The notes beneath the pieces are model-generated. The model made no database searches, was not told the DNA's origin, and worked only from the letters and a program-made list of their open reading frames with translations. A program made the translations under genes and the position numbers. This document shows positions 54,214 to 64,000 of a stretch of 64,000 nucleotides of DNA, piece by piece; the first letter of the stretch is position 1; each line of letters begins with the position of its first letter. Origin of the DNA: Amoeboaphelidium protococcarum X5 (lineage: Eukaryota > Fungi > Aphelidiomycota); assembly GCA_023515725.1 (NCBI GenBank), contig JALDTO010000137.1:62001-126000 (forward strand), written 5' to 3'.

Positions 54214-55608
54214 TCACTAAAATACAAATGGGAAGAATGACATTGTCAAGTCATCCCAAAGAATGCATAACTATTTGCCTTGTGTCGACTGCACAAAGGA
54301 CATTGTTAAAGCGCGAGGAGAAGACGCCGATTCATAAGTGTAATTCTACCTCTGCATCGGTAAATTAATAAAGCCTTGAAGAGATACGATATCTGCATAG
54401 CCTCCCCTGTAATTCAGTACTGCAAGATATCGTGTGCAATCAATGACACCGCTTTCAATCTGCTTCTAAACTTTGAATGACGCGACAATTTTCTGTACCG
54501 GTTCTGTACACACTGCAATTTTATCAATCTACCCGCAGCACTGGATTTAACCATAATCGGCAACTTGATATGTCTACAGAGGAAGTTATGCAACAATTTC
54601 CATGTGCATCTTAAGTCCATCTCTTGTTACCAGTGTGATGTCGCAAGTTCCGTCCAAGTTAAATATTAGTTTGTTCTCACTCAACCAGACTATATTCTTG
54701 GGCTCCTTCTAAAACGTCAATGAACTTGATTACATCAAGTAGTTGAACATCTTCAATTTAAATTTAGAGAATAAAGAATACACTGCAGCGAGATACTCCT
54801 AAGTAGGCGATGGCACCATACACTTCAAAGCTCCCAAGCTGCGATTATTGTCTACCAGTCCTACTTGACGTTCATTTAAAATCGATTCCAAGGACAATCT
54901 AGAGTCTGAATCGATGACATTATAGTCAACTTTCAGCAACTAGCCGTTTTGATATCCTATTAAAACTTACGAGTCAATTAGATTCCAGCAATAATCTACA
55001 ACACTGGCACCACCAATTTTCAGATCGCATTACTCTGCACCCACCTTTTCTACTTTATCATTGACGCGATAAAAACAGACTTTATCTGAATAGACAACAG
55101 CTAATCGCTCGCCGCCAGAATTCCATCTGATGGACTTCAAACAATGTACTTACTGCGGCGGATTAATTGTAATTGTGAGCCATTTATGAGATTACAAATT
55201 AAATGCAAATACACACCCATTAACAGCTAGAGCAATCAGTGCCTTTGTGGGATGAGGTTCGATCTATACCAGTGGACAATCTTCCTGCACGGGATTGGAT
55301 TCCAGTAAAGACATGACTTAGTCCACTATATTCTGACAAAGACTTAGCACAGGATACGAAGCCATTAATTCGTGTATTGAGTCAATAAATTTATTATAGA
55401 GCGGCTTAGAGCTAATCAATGGCTTAATCATTGTACTCTGACTCAGTCCAACAGTGGATGGGACTTGAACATCTTGTATCAGAGACACTCTTTCAGCAAA
55501 GTACTAATATTGCTACTTACTTTGAACATGATGGAGCTGGGATCCATACTCACATAGAGTAAACTTGTTAGGTGGAGGAGGTAACTAATGCTCTTACATG
55601 CGTCTCAT
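54214..55608 (-). CDS. AAAS: Aladin-like WD40 nucleoporin
   Basis: N-terminal LPPPPNKFTLCE (recalled Aladin FPPPP..VTLYE). EPHPTKALIALA...SIRWNSGGERLAV. C-terminal LQGFI...LCILWDDLTMSFFPFVF. Confidence 0.65.
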
Positions 55609-56394
55609 CTTTATTATTACCGTATAGGAAAGTAAAAAAGACGCTTATTTGATAAACAAAGTATATACTGAGTGTGTAAAAGATGCTGGTAGTAAAGAGT
55701 ATCAGTTTCAGAAAAGAATAAACGCGTCAAGCTGTTGAAACAACTTTTTTAAAACACGATATGTCTCTTTCTAGTGCGCGACCCCCGAGAGAGAGAAGTA
55801 CGATTTGGTGCAACGTCACGGCACAAATGCTGAGTCAATCGTGGGTGTTGAACTGTCTTTCTTTTTTAGTCTGAGTTTACTTAATACTCAAGAGAATGGA
55901 TGTGTGACATATTTGAGCGCGTATCATATGTTCGTCTCATGGCCTACTGGAATCGGTCACCTTCACGTTTTCACCATTGTGTTGATTCGCTTTAACATCA
56001 TCGTACAGACCGTGGAAGAGTGGAACGAAGATGAAACAGTGAAGACCATCGAAGACTATACTGTACTGTACATGTAATAAGAATTGATGCACATTAAACG
56101 TTATGGTTATACATCTAAGACGTGAAATAAATAAATCTTAATCTTGTGCCTTCCGTATATCTAAGTTAACCTTAACGTCATTCAATCTTAGCCTTCTAAC
56201 AGTGCCACCTGAACAGAAGCTTGAAAGTGTTGTGACACAGGCCTGCGCGTCCTCCAATCAGATCGCCCTGCGTAATAAAAGTCGATCAACCAATTGTACT
56301 TCCAATTTGCATTTATTATTAACAACCTAATCATCAAAGTCTCTTGTCATATCTTACCATTCCTTCCTCTTATATTCCTGGCTTATATTAAATC

Positions 56395-56450
56395 GTAAGT
56401 TTAGCTTTCTATTCACATCATTGACACGTCAACTGATTTTTGTTTTGTAG
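56395..56450 (+). other. Probable 5'-UTR intron of the chitin synthase gene
   Basis: gtaagt...ctgat...ttttgtag, 56 nt, ending 95 nt upstream of ATG56546. Confidence 0.55.
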
Positions 56451-56545
56451 GTATTACTCACTCGATTTGGCATACATCCATCCTCATATAATAACTTATT
56501 TCGTTTCCCCATTACTAATATTTACTGACACCTTAATATATTAGT

Positions 56546-59500
56546 ATGAATAGTAAAGACAGAGAATAAAGTAATAGTTAGGATAACAAAGAGAATAGCA
56601 AAGCGGCTGTAAATGCTAATAAACGAATGCCGTAGTCTGCTGCTGACACTCCGCCTCAAGCGCCTGCCAAAGATCCTCCATTGCCTCCCGTGAAAAGTCT
56701 TCCATCCCGGGAGTCTTCAATGTAAATATTTGATTCCACAGATTCATACCTGCCTAGTAATGGTTAATCAAGAGCGGATAGGCCTTAGCAGCCAGCCTTA
56801 CCTTAGTCGATTGCCACTCAGGCAGTGACGCCGACCACGGTTTAGTCTGCTTATAATAGTAAACCTCTTCCTCTTCCGCAAGAAGATATCGGACACAGTA
56901 ACAAGTCGAGACCATTAAGTTAGGCGGTCGACAACGCAAAGTTGAAGAAGATGAAGTTGGCACCGCGTCAGAGCTCACTCTCATCCTCTGTTAATGAGCT
57001 GCCAGGCCTTGTGACGTCTGGTCTTGGTCGATTTGTGTCCAAGTTCAGCTCTCTTGGCCGTCCGGCTTCGTCTCAGTCTCTGTCCGCTGATAGCTAGCGT
57101 GGTGACGCTCAACATGCTGATAATGATGACGTGAAATCTTACAATTCTTTTGATGATAGCGATGATTCTGGTGATGACTTTTCCATTAATGGTGGTCGCA
57201 ATGGAGATGAAGCCGAGTTTACACTGGATTCATCATCATCTAATTCTCAGGTGCTTGGCCCTCGCGTGTCTCCTTTTGTTGATGGACCTATCCCGCCAAG
57301 GAAGCAGGATATTGATCCTGTTCAGCTTGCCAAGAGCAAGAGAGCATCCACCTACAGACACAGTAGCCTGGCATTCACGTCTAATAATGCTGCCAGTAAT
57401 TCATCTACTCTTGGACCAGACGTGTCCAATGTTAACATCAATGATATTCCTTAAGTATCTCTTCCCGGCTACACTCCTCATAATGAATATGATGCTTAAG
57501 CAAGAACCAGTACTGATGATGGGAATGATGTAACTGTTGGTGGTTAATCTAATCGCTATAGCTAGTATCTCGCCCCTCCTATGAATTCAGCATCCAACCT
57601 GATGCGCCGTTTGTCACAATCTTTCACTGGGTTCGGTAATGGAGGTGCTAATAGTAGCCAATCTATGAACAATCGTCCTCTTAGTTCCATCTAGCAAGAT
57701 GTTGAGGCTAGTGATATGACAAGACGTCGCTCTTTAGTCAGACCAGAGAGAGCTCGAATGTCTTCCAATGTCCGTCCAAGATCAGTGCTACTTGCTGGTG
57801 GTGGAATAGGTGCGGCTGCTTATAGCTCTCAGCCACCAACTCTCGGTCGTTCAGTTGCTGTGTATAATCACTCGAGAAAGGATCCATACCAGAACACTTG
57901 GTGGACGCGTTTCTCTGATGTTGTCACTTTCTATGCTCCTAATTTTTTGCTTGCCGGCTGCTGTGGTAAAAAGACTGTTGAAGTACAGCGTGCATGGAGA
58001 GAGAAGATGGGCTTGGTGACTATTATTGTATTTCTCATTATTTTGCTGGGCTTCATCACGTTCGGCTTCCAGTACTTTGCATGTAATATCTTTCAGAATG
58101 TCAAGAGATATCCTGTTGATCAGTTCGATTCAAGCTATGTCAGAATCCGTGGTGATTTATACGATATTCGTGGATTTAATCATCCTGGCAGATCGATTTA
58201 AATGTACCAAGTATCTGGCAAAGATGTCAGTTGGCTCTTCCCAGTCTCACCTGACTCAATCCCTGGTGGTAGTGCTTGTGCTAAAATACCCGGCGTCTCT
58301 TCTGTGAACACTAGTTGTACTGTCGATGATGCTATTGGAAACGTGTCTGGGTATTGTCATACTGCTTAGTAGTTTGCCATCTTACAGAACAACTTGAATA
58401 TTGTGGGTCAGGCTGCGTTTGATTGGGACACTGTCAAGGGCGGAGATAATTACATCGTGTATAGTGGTCAAGTCTTGGATTTGAAGCGTTATTTTCAGTT
58501 GAATAACAAATTTCTGGGTTAGGAGTTTACTTAGCTGCTCAATGAGTACATTGGAAAAGACATTACTCATGTTGTACAGAGGAGTACTGCGTCCTAAGAG
58601 AGAATGGCGTGTCTTTTGGAACAATTTCGTGCAGGATATCTCGACTCGATTCCTATCGGTTGTTTTGCATCGCAAGCCTTTACTTTTGTATCATTGGGCA
58701 CGATCTTGGCTGTCATTGTTGCCAGATTTGTGTTGGCTCTGCTATTTCTGTGGACTGACGGTAGAACTCTTGGTAAGTATCCTCCTGGTGGTGCCCCTTA
58801 GTAGCTGAATAAATCTACTGCATCTGCTTAAAATTCACAGGATGATACCTATAACAAACTGAAGTAAGAAGGTATTGAGTTGTCTCCTGCTGTGCTGGCT
58901 GCACTGGAGGCCAAGAAGAATAACACTTTCCGCAATAGTCTGATGCCTACCAAGTCTCGTTTTAGTCATTAGTACAATTTGAACACGCCATAGTCAAAGT
59001 CTAAGAGCTATCGTCCATCACCGTTGTCAAACAAGAAATCTAACATTTCTGTTCATTAGGATTATCCTGGTATATTGAGGACAATTATGCTCGTTACCTG
59101 TTACTCTGAAGATGAAAAGTCTTTGCGCAACAGCTTGGACTCTCTTGCTTGTACCGAATTTCCTGATACTCACAAAATGCTCTTCATTATATCTGACGGT
59201 CTTATCACTGGAAGTGGTAATGCCAAGTCTACCCCAGAGACTCTGATTGACATGATTGAGTTGGATCAGCAATTTGTTAATCCGCCGCTTCCGTATTCGT
59301 ATGTGGCTATTGCTGATGGTGCGAAAAGACATAACATGGCCTAGGTGTATGCTGGTAGATACCGCGTTGATGGACATGTTGTGCCTACGGTTTTGGTGGT
59401 GAAGTGTGGAACTCCTGAGGAGAAGTCTGATCGTAAGCCTGGTAACCGTGGTAAGAGAGATTCTTAAATCTTGCTGATGAATTTCCTACAGAAGGTGCTC

Positions 59501-60829
59501 TTCAACGACAGAATGACTCCAATGGAGTTTGATTTGTTTACCAAAATGACTGCAGTTACTAGCTCTGTCTATTAGGATATTCCATTGAACCATTTGGATG
59601 TAAAGATCACGCCTGACATGTATGAATTAGTTCTCATGGTTGATGCTGACACTAAAGTTTTCCCCGATGCTCTCACTCCAATGTCGTATGCTATGGCCAA
59701 TGATCCTAAAATTATTGGCTTGTGCGGTGAGACTCAGATTGCGAACAAGGGAGAAAGTTGGGTGACCGCTATCCAGGTATTTGAATATTATCTTGCTCAC
59801 TTTCTATCCAAGTCTTTTGAGTCTGTATTTGGTAGTTGTACATGTCTACCCGGATGCTTCTCTATGTATCGTGTCCGAGCTCCGAAAGGCGAGAGTGATG
59901 CCAAATCTGGTCTTCAACATTTCGTCCCCATCCTTGCGAATCCTGACATTGTTGAGGCTTACTCTGAAAATGTGGTTGAGACTTTGCACGCTAAGAATCT
60001 ACTTCTACTTGGCGAGGATCGTTACCTGACTACTCTGATGTTGAAGACTTTCCCCAAGAGGAAGTTGGTATTTGTTCCAAGAGCCAAATGTAAGACTGAA
60101 GTGCCTAGTACGTTCAAAGTTCTGTTATCCTAACGCAGGCGTTGGATTAACTCCACAGTTCATAATCTACTCGAGCTGGTCTTGGTACGAGATTTGTGTG
60201 GTATTTTCTGCTTCTCGATGCAGTTTGTTATTTTCATGGAACTCATTGGTACTGCCGTATTGCCTGCAGCTATTTGTTTTACCATCTACCTGCTGATCAT
60301 TTCGTTCTTTGTCACTCCACCCCCAATAATTCCTCTGGCCCTGTTGGCTGCAATTTTGGGTTCTCCCGCTCTGTTGATCGTGTTCACCTCTACGAAGAGA
60401 TACAGTTTTCTGTTGTGGATGATCATCTATCTGTTCAGTCTACCCATCTGGAATTTCGTGTTGCCCGCATATGCGTACATGCACTTTGATGACTTCACAT
60501 GGGGCCAGACGCGTCAACTCAAAGGTGGCGATGCTAATCACGATTCTGCTGAGGGTGAATTCGATCCATCCAAGATTGTGATGAAGAAATGGTCAGAATG
60601 GGAGCGTGAGAGATATCAGCAAGAAACTCTGAAAGGTCTCTCTGCTGGTGGAAAGAGCAGGACGGTGAGCGAGAATCAGAGAAAGTCGCGTTTCAAGAGT
60701 TTCATCGCGAGTGAAGTGCCATTGGAAGAAAGCGATGAGACTGATATGGACAACGCTGGCGACACTGATTCCATTGATGACTACTCTAGGAGCTGGAATC
60801 CTGAAGAGTTTATTGCTAAATTGAGATGA
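56546..60829 (+). CDS. Chitin synthase, division 2 (class IV/Chs3-like), no myosin motor domain
   Basis: [61 protein letters not shown] (Q=TAA 60131), DDFTWGQTR. Confidence 0.95.
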
Positions 60830-60954
60830 GTATTCAATAATAAAGGTTTTAATTGCATTATATTCTTTTGCCCTTCTCACCTTCTCATTTTCTCGTAACT
60901 GTAGTTTTGAAAATGCACTAAGCATTGCAGAAGTTACAAGTTTCGTCACATTAG

Positions 60955-60966
60955 AAACGCGTCAAG
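60955..60966 (+). promoter_or_regulatory. ACGCGT (MCB-like) element upstream of PIF1
   Basis: aaacgcgtcaag about 140 nt upstream of the ATG. The identical 12-mer occurs at 55720-55731 upstream of Aladin. Confidence 0.4.
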
Positions 60967-61107
60967 GCGTTGGTTGTTTCACCTTAAAAATCTCTTGAAA
61001 CTCTTTTCTGTTAAAAGACACTCTTCTACAGGATTTAAATTTACTCTACCCACTCTTTGTGACTCTTATAAAGTATTTTAATTGCGTGAGAAACAGCCAA
61101 GTAACAG

Positions 61108-62813
61108 ATGACATTAACTACTGGATCAAGAAGTATAACAAGTTTCTTCAAAAGGCGTACAGATACAGAGGAGTGTACAAGTGTCCCAAAAGATTCTAAG
61201 AAATTAAAGAACTCCCACTCCTCTTCTATTGATAAAGCTTAGACATCTGTTAAGTCTACTTCTGATAAAGCTTTGTTATATACAGAGTCTTCTACTGATA
61301 AAGCCATTATAGAATCAGATTCTGATGAAGGAAATGCCGGTAGCCCCTTGGTTGTATGCAGTGATGGTGAATCTGTAGTTAATGTTCAGACTGAGGACCA
61401 ATACGCACAGCTATCTGATGAGCAGAAATTTGTATTGAATGAAGTTGTAACAAATGGCAAGAATGCGTTCATTACTGGTAGTGCTGGTGTTGGTAAATCC
61501 TTCCTACTAAGAAGTATCATTCGTCAGTTGAAAGGCAAGCACGGTGAAGAGAAAGTTGCCGTTACTTCTAGCACTGGTGTGGCTGCTCTGCTGATTGATG
61601 GTTAGACTTTGCACTCTTTTGCCGGCGTTGGACTTGGCAATGGATCCAAAGAGCATTTGGCCAAGATGATGGAGAAGAAGAATATCCATGCTGCCAGTCG
61701 TTGGAAGAACACGCGTGTAATTGTCATTGATGAGATAAGTATGGTGGATGCAGACTTCTTTGACAAGTTGGAACACATTGCTAAACAGACAAGACGTAGC
61801 AGCTTGCCATTTGGTGGAATTCAGGTTGTATGTGTCGGTGATTTCTTCTAATTGCCACCAGTTTCGAAAGACAAACACTTTCCCGCTCGTTACTGCTTTG
61901 AAGCTGAGTCTTGGTAGCGAGTGATTTAGAATAAGTTTGTGCTTACCAAGATATTTCGTCAAAAGGATGATGTCTTTGTCCGCGTGCTCAATGAGATGCG
62001 CACCAACAGTCTATCAGAGGATAGTATTCGTCTGCTAAAGTCTTTGAACAGGCCTCTTGAGCTTCCTGATGGTATTTAGCCCGCTGAACTGTTTTCATTA
62101 AGGTGGTAAGTTGATAAGGTTAATACTGCGAGAATTAATGCTCTGCCTGGCGAAAGTAGACTTTTTGAGGCCTCAGACTCATTGGCCAATCCTAATGACG
62201 AATTCACCAAGAAGAGACTGGATTAAGTTATCGCTCCCGTTAAGCTTGAATTGAAACTTGACGCACAAGTAATGCTGGTGACTAATTTGGAGCAGAATCA
62301 GGGACTAGTTAATGGATCTATGGGCAAAGTGATCGGATTTACTGAACCTGAGGCTTAGTAAGAGTCTTATCCCATAGTTTGTTTCCCTCCTACTGCCAAT
62401 CGTCAGTTGGAAATTGTTAGGATTATTAGGAGACATGAATGGACGTTTGAAGATGCCAGAGGTAGGTAAGTCGGATGTCGTAAGTAAATACCTCTGATAC
62501 CTTCATACGCAATCTCTATCCACAAGAGTCAAGGCTAGACAATTGATTGGTTGAAGATTGATTTGGGCAAGGCGTTTGAGTACGGGCAGAGTTACGTTGC
62601 CGTCTCCCGTGCCACTACTTTAGATGGCATTCAAATACTCAACTTTGATCTGAACAAAGTCAAGGCTAATCCTAAAGTCGTGTGTAAGTTTTCTCTCTTT
62701 CTCTATGTCGAATCTCTAATAAGAGCATCTTAATTATTTTTGTATGTGTAGAATTTTACGCCAATTTACCATCGCTGGAAGTGTTAATGAAGGGTGAAGT
62801 TACCTATCTTTGA
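61108..62813 (+). CDS. PIF1: Pif1 family DNA helicase; intron 62684-62751
   Basis: [59 protein letters not shown]. Confidence 0.93.
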
Positions 62814-63769
62814 AAGATGTGTGATCGATACAAAATGACCGAACAATAATTCATCTACTTCATCCAGTATGATGCGATACTACTTTCTACCTATAAAAAA
62901 GTAATGCAATAAGTTTGGGGTATGATGAACTCTCGCCAAGCGATCGATTGGATTGGATGTAGCCTTGACAGTGACGTAGGTAATAAGTCCGGATTTTTAG
63001 TTAATGCGTCATGTACTTAAGTGTGAAGCTTTAATAGTTCATATTTTAATACGGTCATGGAAAGATTCGAGATGCCTTCTATAACCGGCAGAGAGTTCAA
63101 TTTTCAACAGTAAGCAATACTCATAAATAACTCGAGTAGTAAGCCCGCCATTAAACTTACTACAGTATATATTGACAAATATAAGTTATGCTAGCAGTTT
63201 CAAACAGAACCATTAAATGCAGGAGCTAAATCTTCCGTTCATTCCTGGTCTTAGTTAAGTCTTCGTACTTGGACCATATTAGTGTTAGACGAGTGGAAAG
63301 TGTCGAAGGTTGTCAGAGTTGAGTTCATCAAGGAGTGATCAAGGAGACGCGCCTCTTTCCCATACAATCAATGAACATGAATTTAGTGAATATTATGAGT
63401 GAATAAAATAGTAATGGAAGCTGTGTCTTCTCTCCGAGCTTGTATGCTCATCCGGGCTGTGTTTCCCATCAGGACTGTGTTTCCTAATCTTCTGGTGTCC
63501 TCACTGCTGTGCTCAGTGACCCACCTAACAATTAGCTACTCTATTCTAAATGCTTCCATACTGATAGATCTTGGCAAGATGTTTGAATTGAACCAATCAG
63601 TTGAGTGAAACACAAGATCGATCATGTTACACGAACCAATTTACTCTCAATTTATTTGGTGTAATCCTATTTCAATTTAATCGCTTAAGTTCAAGTCTCT
63701 TCTTCTTTTTCTTCTTATCTCAACTCTTTTAACGATAATCTGTTTTGTAATAATAACTAAATCTAAAAA

Positions 63770-64000
63770 ATGCACGCGTCTACTTTAACTGTTTCTGCTA
63801 TTGCTCTGGCCTCATCTGCAGTGTTTGGTCAGAATCTGAACATCAACAACAGCTTGCCTATCACTGGTATCGCGCCAAATGTTGATATCAACAACCTGTT
63901 TGCCTCCTTCTCCAACCTGACCAGTGGCTTGAATATTTCTAGCTGTGTCGATGCGGCTTAGGAGCTTTCCAAGTGTTACTCTGAGAAGTTCAGCTGTGAT
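63770..64000 (+). CDS. Secreted or surface protein, runs off the window end
   Basis: Signal peptide MHASTLTVSAIALASSAVFG, then an Asn/Ser/Cys-containing sequence open to 64000. Confidence 0.7.

Noticed and set aside
61108-62813. PIF1 as a Helitron helicase
   Set aside because: No upstream Rep/HUH domain. The motifs and the intron fit a cellular Pif1.
62860-63000. Possible C/D box snoRNA (atgatga at about 62922 with ttggatgtagcc)
   Set aside because: No properly placed CTGA D box or terminal stem, and the rRNA complementarity is gapped. An Infernal/snoscan search would be needed.
63452-63490. Short tandem repeat gg(g/a)ctgtgtttcc, two copies
   Set aside because: Only two imperfect 18-nt units with no spacer array. 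Not CRISPR-like and no element ends found.

Overview
Gene-dense eukaryotic nuclear DNA, roughly 40% GC by eye, read with a reassigned genetic code. TAA and TAG encode Gln and TGA is the only stop, so the supplied standard-code ORF track is fragmented and mostly misleading. Fungal-type genes (class IV chitin synthase, Bzz1, Prp46, Ubc7) together with TAR=Gln point to an aphelid such as Amoeboaphelidium protococcarum; this is an inference. Re-reading by hand gives about 30 genes: VPS41, UBC7, two R7-like DEP-DHEX-GGL-RGS genes, HPPD, a syntaxin, BZZ1, a PPIL4-like gene, a non-RD receptor-like kinase, a three-member orphan family around a P-loop ATPase with an internal TGA, PRP46, a RasGEF, TVP23, TDH, two MYND paralogs, IDH, SAM synthetase, a GT14, a ZGRF1-like helicase, an NAD epimerase, Aladin, chitin synthase and PIF1. 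The most notable unexplained pattern is that all 16 introns I could delimit end in TGTAG. All coordinates and introns were derived by hand without RNA data or database searches.
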